The notes: a model not told the origin generated them from the letters alone. DNA of 64,000 nucleotides from Ramazzottius varieornatus (GCA_001949185.1 BDGG01000001.1:4453624-4517623), one strand, 5' to 3'; numbered from the stretch's first letter, positions 12,786 through 25,978 are shown. A program made the numbers and translations.

Positions 12786-14118
12786 TTACTGTTGGCTTTT
12801 CTTGTACCAGACTTTCGCCATAACATTACCGGTCTTGTATTCCTGAAATAGTCCAACGTCAGCTCGTTATCAACCGTAAATACAGGAGCGACGTCTCCGT
12901 GAAGTCGTTTGCCAGTTTTTGCGTACCTTGATGTAACCATCCCCTTCGGTCTTATACGAATGCTTGATGTGCTTGTTGTTACCATCGAAATGAGCCTTCA
13001 GGTGACCCTCGTCCATATAGTACTTGTACTGTAAAATCTAAATACTCAAAGAGAACTGGACAAAATACTCAAAGAGAACTGGTACACGCACGAAGAAAAA
13101 TTATGGGCCGAACAGTGTATATTGGTGTGAATCAGGCGCGTAAGTACGTGCTTCCGTGCCACCGTAGCGAAAACGCCTGGCCCATAATTCAAGCATAATT
13201 TTCCAGGAAGGTGGATCAATCGGATGTTTTGAACTTTCGGTCGATCTGTATACCATTCGATAGATCTCCACGACTTGAACACAATGTTTGCCCTTAATTC
13301 ATTTATTTCTCTACAGGATCAAAAGTTATTCTCAAAAACCTGGCCGGAAATGACGTCACCTGGGGTACGTCACTTAGACCACGTCCTAACCAAAAGCCTT
13401 CCGTTTAGACTTGCAAGGATCTACGTGCTCCCTTCTCGAAGCTCGGAGATTATGCTCAGCTCTCCCAGCTTTGCTGTGCGAGATGCCTACGTTTTTTCGC
13501 CCCCAAGAAAGAAAAAGTACTGCTAAATTCTCGTCGTGCGTGTACCGGTAGTCTGATACCCAGCGTACCGTGAAGTCTTTTCCTCGGTATTGACCGGTTC
13601 TTTGCTCGCCCAGCTTGAAGGGGAGTTCCTGATGGTAGTTGGCAGAAGGGACCGAGAACTTGTGGACGTACTCATCTCCGTTCTGGATGGATTCGTTGCA
13701 AATTGTACTGAACGAATTCGTTAAATGAATTCATTCGTACCAAATGAATTTGCATAAATACCTGGGTGAATTCGTTGTAAATCGTATCGTTGACATGGGG
13801 AGTACCTAAAACATTTCAGACCAAGCATGGTTGAAATCGATTTTGTTCAAATTCGAAAACATACCTGAAGCTACGGAGAAGGCTTCCGTGTTTTCCATCC
13901 GGCCGGTGGTCTCGTATTTGCCCAGCGGCACATGTGCAACCGCAACAGCGGCGAACCCTGTAAAAGCAGTCAGATCAGGCAGTCGAAAGCACAGTTCGCG
14001 TACAGTTTTCCACAGGATAAACGGAAAGGGTCTTTCGAGGTTTCTTATGCTTCTCGGTAGTAACAGTCTCAGAAACGCAAAATTTACCCATGACCAGAAT
14101 AGCTGCGAAGGTGTTCAT
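12786..14118 (-). CDS. SAHS-like secreted FABP-fold protein, 146 aa, 6 exons
   Basis: Exons 14118-14088, 13957-13865, 13805-13762, 13682-13569, 13028-12927 and 12842-12786, all GT-AG and phase-compatible. They give MNTFAAILVMGFAAVAVAHVPLGKYETTGRMENTEAFSVASGTPHVNDTIYNEFTQNGDEYVHKFSVPSANYHQELPFKLGEQRTGQYRGKDFTYKYYMDEGHLKAHFDGNNKHIKHSYKTEGDGYIKEYKTGNVMAKVWYKKSQQ, which resembles tardigrade SAHS motifs. Confidence 0.88.
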
Positions 14119-15394
14119 TATAGAACGGTAGCTGGCTGGACCTCCGGCTGTAGGGAAGAAAGCTAACTTCAGACGTGAAATAAGCGGCTGAGGGAACAGC
14201 GATCGACTGAGAAATTGTGGACGAGACTACTCAAATTTGTCGGCTTTATTCGAGGTCCTACAAAGTGTACAAAGATCTGGGCCTGAGATACTGCACCATC
14301 AGAGCATCTAATCTTAAACGACTTGTCTGGTTCCTGAGAAAGATCTAGATTGCGTAACTGCTTGTGTGCCTGACTGCAAAACACACACGAGATCGGAACT
14401 AGGCTACTTCCGGGCGGACTTCCCGGACAACGTTCCAGTGTCCAGATAGATCGCAGCAAACCTTCCCGTATTATCGCCAAAGAACTTTCGGAAGAAGACG
14501 ACTAAGAACTGGTCCGCAGTCGAGGACCCGGCCACCACAACGTTAACGTTCGGCTCTCTGGACAAGGCTTTGCTGATCGGCTAGTAACGAAACATACTTC
14601 AGGATACGGCCATACAGCGTATTACATTGTCCTTTACCATTACTAACTCTCGAATATTCCAGAGAGCCAGATCTGTGCGGGAACTATGACGAACCATGAG
14701 TTCTGGGCTTGGTTGGAGCCAAGACAAAGAAGTTAACTTTACCAAGTGTAGCATAGTCTTGTGATTCTGTTCGAGTTTCTTGGCGTAACTGGTCCCTGAT
14801 GGTTAAGGCGTTTCCCGCTTCCTGCAAAAGCACCAAATGAGTCATCTCAAAGCAGCCCCTAAACGGGAGAAGCTTTCCGTCAGAAGGTGCAAGAAAGATC
14901 GTGCTGGGCTAACGGTTCCGCGTGATGAGATACGGAAGTGGGCTTACGACGTACAGGCTGGCTGGGTGGAATCCAATGGCACTTTCGTCATGGAGAACCC
15001 CGTCACTCACCGGTAGTCACGCATCCTAATGGCCCATCGAGCGGGAGGCGATCGACTATGACGGACATGGTATTGAACATTGACACTTTCGAGCAAGGCA
15101 GTATGCAGTGTTTATGTACCCGAAGGGATCTTCGGCGGCTTCTTTGCGAGTCATCTAATCTCTCGTCCCTGTAACATGACGCAACAATAACGTCTCCATA
15201 ACGCGAGATGACGGACACAACCTGACGATCCCCAAATGTCACGGCACAAATCCGGGCACCTATAAGACTAAGTCTACCTCTAGATTCATACCTCGTAGCA
15301 CTTCTCAGTTTGTTTTCGCCGATTTGTCTCAGTGTTATAGGTTCTTTCATCTTTCCTGCCTTTGTGGTATACCAGCTCCCCACCAACCGCAAGA

Positions 15395-15752
15395 ATGAAT
15401 TCCGGAGTTTCGCGTGTGTTCTTTTTCATACTCGGTTTCTTGGTCCTTCTTACTTCCTGCTCCCGTTACCTTCCTACGAAGCGGATGTACACGAAGCCCA
15501 TGCTGACGGACATGGACCATGATGGCTTTTCTGGAAGATACGATGCGGAGAACACCGCAGCCTTCGCACCATCAGACGCGGTAAGGTCGACACTTTTCCT
15601 GAAACAGAGCGAAAGGTTCATCAACTCTGGAGTCTCTTGCCTATTCGCAGTGTCTGGTCTTTTGCTGATAACCATTTCACTTATCATTGCAGGACGACGA
15701 TGCCGTCTTCGTTTATCAAAGACCCAGGGACGAGTACTTTCGACGACCATGA
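15395..15752 (+). CDS. Proc: Proctolin neuropeptide precursor, 2 exons
   Basis: 23-aa signal peptide immediately followed by RYLPT (15464-15478) and a KR cleavage site. Donor GTAAGG at 15581, probable acceptor at 15692, stop at 15750-15752. Confidence 0.88.
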
Positions 15753-16145
15753 TGAGCATCTATAAGGTCTCAAGTGATGTCATGAACGTCGTACCGCTAG
15801 CAACCCACCAGTCTCATAGATGGAGCCAACCGCTGCATCCCCTTTTTCTGCCTATCTCCATCCATGCGACTACCTAACTTCCGGTTATAACAGCTGCTCA
15901 CTCTGCTACAGTCTCTTTTAGCCCTTCTGATTTTACTTCACAACATGAACACATAAAAAACACTGCTTCCCATCTCCCCATGCTCGAAATGTCATTCGCA
16001 AACGCGGTAAAGTTAGTAAGACGCTCACAGTGAGGATAGCTTTACCATTCATACCATTATAGAAAGCGCAGAAAGTTTCAACAGTTAAGTTTGTGGAAAC
16101 AAAACAGTCAACACCTACGATTCGAAATCCGGCACGGCAGATGGG

Positions 16146-17411
16146 TTACTTCTTCGAGGGGACGGCGCTTACTGGAGCCGAAGGAGCGTCTTTCTTCAAG
16201 CTGGGCGTCGCATCCTGCTTGGCGCCCTTGGCTGCGTCCTTGACTGCAATAATGAAACCACGACTTCTTAAATGTCAAAACCAAAACCATACTGTAGAAT
16301 TGGACAAGCAAACCTTTCTGTTCGGCCTCGCGTTTCTTGGCAGCGGCTTCCCGTTCCTGTCGGATTATGGCCAACCGAGCCAAATCCGCCCTTGCTTGAT
16401 CAGTTTTACCTTCGGCACGCAACTGCTCGAAATGCCTCTTCTGCTTCTCCTTCTCAATTTCTTCCCTGAAACCAGACTGACTTGCAAGCACCGCATCAAA
16501 AAGGCGAAAGATAAATAACCCTGTGTGCTTTAAAACTCAGGGGCTCACCGTTCTTTTCTTGATAACTGCGGTGCTGCGGAAGCGGAAGTATCATCCAGCG
16601 TCAGCTCCGACAGCTTCTTGCTCTTCGCAGCAACGCGATTCGGATTCTCTATTTCAATCAGAGCTTCCACACCTTTAGTTCTCTGAAGAGACGAACATAC
16701 AAAACGTGAAAACAGAACCCCAGTGACGTCTTGCGAAACAAAATTGGACGAGAGAAGGCAAGTCATTCTCCTGGGCCATCTAGTATGAATCGATTACGAG
16801 GCCATGTTGACCGGACTTTGAACACGACGTTACTTTGTCATCTGGGTGAGAACACACCTAACTTTCTGTCATCCCTCGCAGTTTCAAGGATACAGATCAT
16901 TCTTTTACGCTAAACAGAAATAGTTCAGGACGTACCTCCTGATCATCGTCTGTGTCACTGCCACTTCCGCTCGCAGAGGTTGTATCATCTTCCGATGTGT
17001 CCCCTTCACCTCGAGCCTCTCTCATCTGTAATCACAACATTCATAGGCGCTTGGGAGACATAGGACTGCTCTAGACGTTTAAGGGGAAGGAGCGCTTACA
17101 CGATCTCGAGGATCCCCTCCTAGTTGGGCAGCTTGAGCAGCTAATTCTTCGGGACTAGTAAAGTGTCGCGTTCGCCCTTTCTGGGTGCCTTTCTTCGCCG
17201 AACGCTGAGCTTTTTGTACTTTCTCAGATTTGCCTCCTCCTCCACCACCCGATGGCGCTCCTGTAAGGTACGAAGCTTAATCTGGCATCTATCAATCATG
17301 AATATCCTTTCGAACCCGATGGATACGGAAACACATATAGATCGATATCAAAGTTTCCGTTTCATTGACACCCAAAAGCTCAGATGTGTATGTTTGCTTA
17401 CCTTTGGGCAT
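16146..17411 (-). CDS. PDAP1: 28 kDa heat- and acid-stable phosphoprotein
   Basis: MPK|G start, [30 protein letters not shown]|[29 protein letters not shown]. Confidence 0.93.
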
Positions 17412-18773
17412 GATACTTCAACAGAAGCAAGATAAGTTCTCAAGAGAGGAATGTATCAGCACCTCGGTCACAAGGATATGAGGATAACAAAGAATCTGGA
17501 CAAAAATCTGGAAATTCTGGACTGTTTGACGGCAATACTTGGAATGATCTCAAAAAGGGGGCCCCGGTCGGCCCAGTCGATCACCTGGGAATACCCAAGA
17601 ATTCGTCGATGACCTGATACAGCCTGAGGATGAGCCCTGAGTCCTGAAAGCGGCTTTCAAAGCGCCAACTTGCTACCAAGTACCACCTAAGCTATCACCG
17701 TATATCAAGCATTTCTCGACCGTCTTGACGCCCTTTTTGGTCAGTTTTTCTTCGTTCAGCACCCCGTTTGCTACCTCGCCAAAAATAACTGACCAGAAAT
17801 CTGTTCACAGAAAGTCGGAACCAAAATCAAACCAAAAAAGGCGCGCTGTGAAAATTACAACAGCTTTCGCAGATTGTTTTTTTTGGAAATTAATTTATCA
17901 GTTCTCCGTCGACGCCCAACAGTCCTGTTGTCGAAAATAATTGGGCGAAGACTGACCTACCGGAAAGTAGGTGGTAACATGAATTTGCTGTTTCGAAAAA
18001 GATCTGAAAACTTTTCCACCAGACGAGGTCTCTCGGCAAAAGGAACAAAACTGACGGCTTGAATTCCGTTGCCGAGTTAGTTCGGTGCTTTTGCATTCTT
18101 TCTCGATTCCTACAGTCAACCTATAAACTTTTCTAAATCAGTGGAAGGTCAAAACTCAATATCGAATTTCGGTAGACTGCATTTCAGTCGGCGCGGTACA
18201 TCCTCCTCCTCACCGGAAGTCACAGTCAAGTTTTTTAAATTGTCTTGTGGCTCAATCAAAACAGCTCGAAAGTTGCATGCAGAGTACGGATGCATGGATG
18301 ATTGAAGAGCATATTATGTTTTTCCGTGTCGAAAAACTAGGTGGTGGCAAGTTGGCACATACAGTGTGTATAGGGTAACGATCCCGCAAACCGGAAGTGG
18401 ACTTGTAATGCACTAAATCTTGTTTTGTCATCTCAATTATCTTTCCCATTTTCCTATCTACACCCGTTCTGTCCATAGCCTCTGCGAACCTCAGGGGTTT
18501 CCAGAGCCTGCCAGATCGAGAAGCTCTGTGGTATTTCTATCGCTTGACTTGAAAACCAGCGGTGCAAACTGGATGCGAAAATATCCTTTTGGGGATTTGG
18601 ACCAGTGCGTTTTCCGACGAGTTCGCGACAACCGGAAGTGATGACCTTTCGTCCAATAGTTTCGATCAAGATATGTGGGTACGGTATATGCGCTTGCGCA
18701 AAAACGTATGAAGTTGTGTTCATTACTCAAACCATCGTATAAAGATGCTATAAAGATGACAGATAAATTAGTA

Positions 18774-18874
18774 CAGTGCCGAAAACTCCCTTTCGGTGGT
18801 CACGTGATGTTATCCACCATTGACCGATGTTATAAGATCACGTGACAACCGGAAGGGATGCACTTTTGGCACTG
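18774..18874. mobile_element. 101-bp Tc1/mariner-like palindromic MITE
   Basis: TA|CAGTGCCGAAAA...TTTTGGCACTG|TA. Arms stay complementary inward (CCCTTTCGGTGGTCACGTGAT / ATCACGTGACAACCGGAAGGG). Confidence 0.75.
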
Positions 18875-19007
18875 TAGGAAAGTACTGCGTGTACAGCATA
18901 AGGTCAATTCTTAGATCTCAGATCAGAAACCAAAGCCGACAATTTCGACAAATAATACTGGGATAACCCTAAATCTTGCCGATCACCTCAACGTGAACTC
19001 AGAAGAA

Positions 19008-19742
19008 TCACGCTGAGGATTCATCCGAGCGCTGGCTGGCTTTCGATTTGGATTGTCGGGAAGACTTTTTGGAGACCTGGACAGCACCGGTGGCTTCCTT
19101 GACGGCGATCTCGTCTTGGTTATCGAGTAAGACCTGTCCTTCTTGGTAAAGACGGCTGTTGGAATAGTCCTGGAACTGTCTGGACTGACTGCAGTCGACG
19201 TTGTACCTGCGCGACATCATAAGGTAAAAATTTCCCCGTGCACCTAGAAACACTCCCTTGTCCTGGGAATAACCAGCATTTCTTCTTACCAGGCATCGCA
19301 GATTAGAGTAATTTGGTTGAAGAGCTAAAGCAAAGAACCCCATTCAAAGAAATGAACAGTACCATGATGCAGCTTCACGGCGACCTCAGCTTACCGTCAT
19401 ATTGGGGCAAAGATAACTCGTGAGTTCGCCGTTGACGTCACAGCGATGGAAGACTTGGCATCGCCCTTGGTCGCTGTCATCAGCGTAGAATCCAGGTTGC
19501 TTGAACGAGGCACAGTCAATATTGGTCTGTGGGATTTGAGAAATCAGTGGGAAGTCCTGTCCCGGGATGACGTTGAAATACAACTCCTGAATCTGGTCAA
19601 CAGGAATCGGATCCTTGCCGCGCAACTTGTTCAGGGCATCCCACACTTTAGGTTGCTGATCACCGTTGGCTCTCCGAATTCTATACAGGGAAGTCGCGGA
19701 GGCTACAGTGACCAAACCAAGCACAACGATGAGGCCCTTCAT
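19008..19742 (-). CDS. Secreted chitin-binding type-2 (CBM14/peritrophin-A) domain protein, 3 exons
   Basis: Signal peptide, RIRR furin-like site, and IPQTNIDC...PGFYAD...CQVFHRC...SYLCPNMT|LFNQITLICDAW|YNVDC six-cysteine pattern. Confidence 0.9.
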
Positions 19743-21577
19743 GGTCAAGGATAAAGTGGACCACTGTTCGGATAACTGGACTAACCGCTGGTTTTTTCAC
19801 AGGTTTGAAGACTGAAGCCGAAGGAAGTGAAGCATACAAAAGGTACTGTTGTCCGTAAGTTTCAAAATTTTTTATACAGTGTACACCGCCGAATTTCGAA
19901 TTCGAATGGGTACAATGGTTCTTCGATGAACAGACATGATACTTGCTTTATGTTGGTCGGCGGCTTTGCCTTCGATGCATTGTCCTACATACAGACAACG
20001 GTGTAAACTTTACTGTTGAAAAACTTTTATGGAAATTTTGTACTGTAGTATATTGCTCATGATAAACAGCGTGGATGGCTTTTGCATGTCACACGGAAGT
20101 CTACTTGTTGCATACTGTTCTTGTCATTTGCAGGTCCGAATTACGAAGCTTGAAGTGCTCGTATCAATTGATACGACGGACGAGTCTACGTTCGCGGACC
20201 CTGCTGTGCTGTCGTCGAATGCGTCCATGCACATGTCCAGCTATTTGAACTCACTTTCGTGGTTCTTTGCTCTTCGCGCAGGTATCAATTTAGTTCGAAA
20301 TCAAGTTAAACATAAAAACACCGTGACCAAATTGCACGGTTAACGTTCAAAAATCGCTTTACGAAAACACTGGCCACATTACTCAACTCAGAACTGAGCG
20401 TCCACAGCAATCGTTTTCAACCGCGACACGAGATTCTTATTATCTTGACGCAATGAGGCCACTGTAAGGAGGGTGGGTTCGCCGCGGAGCTTGTTGTAAG
20501 GAGTTAACGTTCTGTCACTTCTGTGAATATGCTCGGGTGGTATGTGTCGTGTAGAGGTACCGGCAAGTCAATCCTGACATTTTACGATAATTGGATGAAG
20601 TGAAAAATAATTGGAAGTGAAATACCTCGATTAATAACCAAACGGTAGTCGGGTTTTGTTTTAGTCCGACACGGGACCGAAGGAGTATTTGATGGAAAAT
20701 CTGCGTGAAGCTGGAAGCGGTCGTTACGGTTGCACGACGATCCAGTTAGGTCTCTGGAGCTCCACTAAAAGCTCGCCGCAGTTTGAAAAAACGACAAAAA
20801 TTGCCCTTGTGATTGCGGCACTGCCACAAATCGGATTAGTGCAGTTCTTTATCGCTTTCCCCAGTCTGCATAAATTATTCGAAATATGGTGAGCAGAAAG
20901 AGGTTGCATTTCTCAGGCGGGAAGGATTTACGTACTGGTCACGCCAACAACAGTGCACAACAGCCAAGCTTCACAGCTCACAAGTCAGTCTTATTTACTC
21001 TCCACATGCAGCTACCGCAGAAAGTTCCAGCATAACGAAGTGAAGTGGATCGATTATGAAGTCGGCTAACAGTAATGCGAGGGAAGGAGGCAGGAGTAGG
21101 ACGTCCTTGGGGAAGCCAGTGGGCCGAGAATCAATCTTGCCAGAATTACGCGCAATTAGAAAGAGCGGCCCGCATTACTGCGCCGCCAAAGAACCAGCCA
21201 CCAGTACAACTTCTGCGGTCTTCCGAGTACTCCGCTTCTCGGCCCGTTCCCTCTTCGTGCAGCAGATCCCGTCTTGCTTTGAGTAATATTGATAGAGAAG
21301 CTCCGATGTTTCCTAGTAGCTCGGAAAGCATCTTTCATCACAATACACATTGCGTGTTGGGGTGAGCTTTGACGCTTTTTTCTAATGTCATCACACGAAG
21401 AACGAGACGTCCTCCTCTTTTGTGGGATGCACTATTTCGTTACCGGAAAGCTCAATTGCACGACATTTTCCACGTTTAGTGTTTTGACCGGTCAACCCTT
21501 ATAAGTGTGAATCTGCACCTGTTAATTTGGTTACAAATTCATTTTTATTATCCTATATTTCGACCTGTGGTTCCATA

Positions 21578-24500
21578 ATGGCGGTTAATAATGAGACTAT
21601 GCAGGATAGAGAAACCTCTGAAATTTTTCACTCCAATTTCTTGGACTTGTATCTGAACGGGACCGATGGAGAGACTGGAAGTATCAACGTTGCGTTCAAT
21701 TCTACCCTTCGGAAATCTTTGACGCCGGAAGCAGTCCACCAGATGGTTTTGTTGGGTGCGTTTATGGTGGTCGCTCTGACCGGCAACTCGATAGTTTTGA
21801 TTCATCTTATTCGGGTCAAAGGCTGGATGCGACCAGTGTCCATCTTTGTTATGTCCCTTGCAACCAGTAAGTTGAAGTTCGCATCTTTTTCAATGGTAGA
21901 AGACTACTAGAGCAAAGTCAGTACCGTATGATGAATAGATGCAGGCATGCCCAAAATTTCCTGGGAACCCAGTGAAAAAGTGGCTGTAGTGAGAAGGGAG
22001 GATAATAATTTTATTACCTTAAATAAGCTACGCGGCATAAACCAGATGTCATGCGTTTACAACGAAACGTGGGCGTGGATTTGAAAGATAAACTCTGTAT
22101 CCTGTCTACATCGTTAACTATCATTACACTTCCAGACCTTTACGAAAGAAACTTTTTCCTAATGGTTTTACGCAATCCGTACAGTGCATGTCGAGACGAC
22201 AATCTGGTGGCTAATAGGGAAGTGAAGCGAAAATCCATGAGGCTTAATGTTCTCACATTCCACTGGATTAGTTCGAGCATGTTGATGCGGGGCGAGGTTC
22301 GTAAAGGTTGCCGGAAACCCAAAAGTCGACCAACAGCGACTAGCAGAATTTTCAGCGATAATGACCGGTTCCTTTTTACAGGGCGTGTACAGGTAGCACC
22401 AATGTGAGAATGATAGAGCAATTATGTTGGAATAAGAAGGGAAACTGAGCATTTCAAGCGACGCACCTTTACAGTGTTGTTGGCTGGATGAATGCGCACT
22501 TAAGATGACGTTCGTGTGCGTTTTGTTCGCCCGTCTCCCTTATTGTGATAATGAAACTGTATGAATGGTGAAATATATAGAATAAAAATGAATAATTCGT
22601 CCACGTGGTTTTATCGATCGGTGTCTATGACGTATTGTCCAGCTTGAGGTAGTAGTTAGTTTTTGCTGTGCCCTGTGGCTGTGGTTTAAGGGAACAAACG
22701 GAAGCAGGTTGGTTGTCCGATAATGTGACCGGTGACAAGTCGTATCCGTAAGGAAAACATCCCGAAGGGGTTCATTGGGTTTCCTCACGTCTAGTAGTAC
22801 ATTTCCCTGAGGACGCGTTGCGCTACAGTTCCTGATTATAAGTGACAAAGTGCAATCAAGACTAGCCTGCTGGATCTTGCTCGGTATCCCGCAAAGCTTT
22901 TGAGCGGCTGTCGGCGATCCATGTAGAATCGCCGTCCCGCACAAAGGCGCGACAAAACACATTCGCAAGCCTCGTAAAGATCAAAAGTAACAGATTACCC
23001 GTTAGAAATGAGAAGGATGATATTCATACAATGTACTTTAATGGGTGCGTTCTTTAGCTGACATTCTAATTGCCATGCTTTCCATGTCGACGGAGCTCTT
23101 GTGGGAGGCTTTTGGCGAGTGGATCTTTGGCAATTTCGCCTGCAAGTTCTCCACTTATGTACAGTGCCTACTGTTCATCAGCACATCATCCATCCTCATG
23201 AGGCAGGTTCTCCCTTCTTTATGAACGTAGCAGCGACTTCAGCGTTCTCGGAATAGGGCATCGGCAGATGGCTCGAACACGTTTCCCTAAGTGGCGCACA
23301 GTTATGGCTGGGACCAGTGAGAAAGTGCGCCACTTGAGACAACGGTTGTTCTCGGTTCATTTGCCGATGTCCTTTGTATGTACTTCAATACTGAATGCTT
23401 TGCAGTATGAGCTGGGACCGCTACGAGGCTATCTGCAAGCCTTTGAGCGCCTTTTCCCGCAGTCTGGCACGATGCCGGCGTACCATCTTCCTGTCGTGGT
23501 CCCTCGCTGCCGTCTTGGCTCTTCCTCAGCTCTTCATTTTCGTCCAGGTAATGATAGTCTGTTTTTGACCGAGTCATCATTACGGGTTGACGCAACTAGA
23601 AAGTAATCAGCCATTATCAGATAACAAATTGTATCTGCTTGGTTGCTTGTGAACACACTTAATTTCCTGCTGAAGCCCTTTACTGCTGCTAATGGAAACA
23701 ACGTTCAGACCACGAAGATTTCCACCCTCAAGAATCAACCTGAGCTCCTCTTCCCTAGACTGCTGATTGATTCCTCGCCTGTTGTTAGTGCGAGGGTCGG
23801 TCGCCCTTACGTCCGTTCACCATTCGTAACAAGCTGTTATGGTGTATACTTCGGTAGGGCGTGACGGGGTCAGGGTTGAGCAAAGTGACGGCAGCCTCCC
23901 AAGCGAAGAACTCATGGGCATGACGGGATGCGATCGAAAGGTCACGTCCTGTGACGCAAAGGAGGACATCTGACGCCACTTGGAAGATGAACGGCTCATA
24001 TGTTGCTAACATCAGTCAAAATAATTACCGATTAGGGCGATAAATTGCGCAAATCAACTAACAGATGCCGTTGGAGAAAGCGTCAAGAGCTCTAGTTTTT
24101 TTTCAACGCTGTCGAACACGCATATGCTTGCACTAAAGATGTTACATGGACAATCGAACCATCAGCTGGATAATGTTGTTGATACTTGCTAGGTCCAAGG
24201 CTATTCCTACTCACTCAATAACTCGCAAAGATCATGGCGCTCTTAACCGACCATAAAACTGTTTCCAGTTTTTTATTTGTACCTTCGATCAAACACAGAG
24301 AGCTTATTCATGTACTTCACTATGTGTTGGGTCGTGGGCCAATGAAGTGAACCAGGTCGTTACTCCAACCAGCGCAGGCTTTCATTGTTATTGGCTGAAA
24401 GTGAGCACCAGTTGGAAAAGTGATCTGGTTCGAATCATCTGCTCGCGCTCCATAGTTTTTACATTTTGTTCTGTTGTGTTTTTCATTTCGGCGCACGCTT

Positions 24501-25369
24501 CGTTCATTCAGTCGCAGTATAGCGTTCTCTAGTTTTTGGTTTCTGTTCGGTAGGTTCAAGATAGCGAACACGCAGACGGTAAGCCCAAGTACTCTTGCCG
24601 AAGTGCCGGCTACACCGCTGAATGGCAACGCAAGGTCTACGTCACATGGATCGCCATGCTGGTCTTCATCATCCCTCTCCTCTTTGTCGCCTTCTGCTAT
24701 ATCCGAATCGCCGCCGTCGTCTGGCGAGTGACAGGCTCTTTCACCGCCACTAACGAATGTACTCAAAACGGCACCAGCGAAGTACCCATCCTTCGTCGCA
24801 ACATGTCGGGCCGAAGCAAATGTGGCCATATTGAGCGGAGTAAAATGAAGGCCATTCAATTGACAATTTGCATTCTAGCTTGTCATATCCTCTGCTGGAC
24901 GCCATACTTCACCATAAATCTCCTTAATGTCTGGACAGACTACAAGTTCAAGCACAATATTCCTTCTTTCCTGAAGTCCTTGGCCAAGTGTCTAGCGTGG
25001 TTCTCCAGCTGCGTTAACCCGATTATTTACGGTGGCTTTCACACGTCATTTCGTCCTCTGACGCGCTGGTTGTTTCCCAGTTGTCACAGAAAGGAAAGCA
25101 GCCCAGAAATTGACTCCAAGAAGACTTCCGTTCATGCTTCACCTCGATCATTCCATTATAATAACGGCGAGAGTCGTCATGGATCTGTAGCACCGTATTT
25201 AAGACCTCCGTCCATCCCGATGTCCGCGCTTGCCTCTAACGTTAACGGCAAATCTTTCTCCAAGCTGGAAAGAGGGAGCTCGATCGAGGCGGAAAGGACC
25301 TATCAAACATTGTCTCTCAAAGAAACGCCAACCGCCATTGCAAAGAATGCTTCAGCTGTCTGGCTGTAG
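21578..25369 (+). CDS. Neuropeptide GPCR of the vasopressin/CCAP/GnRH/achatin superfamily, 4 exons
   Basis: TM1 VALTGN, SLAT|ADIL, WIFGNFACK, MSWDRYEAICKP, LALPQLFIF, CRSAGYTAEWQRKVY, CWTPYF, SSCVNPIIYG. Confidence 0.9.
23288..23336. repeat. Intronic palindrome family A core
   Basis: TAAGTGGCGCAC-N25-GTGCGCCACTTG in GPCR intron 2. Confidence 0.85.
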
Positions 25370-25978
25370 TATCCTCTACTTTCGGAACTGGATTGTTTTT
25401 GTGATTGCTCCATGCTTCGAAATTTTGTTGTCTCGAAATTTGCGAGTTTGCAGGTCCACCCTAATCAAATGGCGCACACAATAACTTCCTACTCTCCACG
25501 TAATGTCCGCTCGAATCACTTTGTAGTCCTTTCATTGAGATATTTTTCTGTACGGTTAATCTGCCGTAAAACCGGCAGCGGACATATTTTTATTGTTGAC
25601 AAATAAGATAACGCCGAGATCAAAATGACATTCGAGTTTCGCTCTGGTTCTCCACTGTGAATAACCCATGCAAGGAAACTTCAAGGGTGAACTTCGGTCG
25701 ATGAAAACCAATGCTTTAATTTCTGGGTATCCGACCATGTTTTGTCGTCAATTTACTTCGATGATAAGGTTCTTCGAAATCACGGACGTGTTCATGACAG
25801 ATTTTGTGATAGTTGTCGATCTGGACTAAATTCCAACTGTCATCCTCCTACTTTGCCTGAGTAGTCTCGAGAGGGAGACCATCAGACAGACAACCCGGAT
25901 AATCCTTCCGGTCTGCGCTGCCCCAAACTGTGATTCGGTTCCCCATTTCCGGAAAGGGCAAGGACCAAACACCCAACC

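Noticed and set aside
12773-12985. 70-aa ORF in the ORF track
   Set aside because: It is an out-of-frame reading across exons 5-6 of the SAHS-like gene.
13040-13082. Short direct repeat AAATACTCAAAGAGAACTGG x2
   Set aside because: A simple local intronic duplication with no evidence of function.
14169-15300. Coding-like sequence between the SAHS-like and proctolin genes
   Set aside because: Multiple stops in all frames and no recognisable motif or consistent exon chain.
10832-15752. Orphan GPCR as the linked proctolin receptor
   Set aside because: No receptor-specific signature is visible, and ligand-receptor linkage is not expected in animal genomes.
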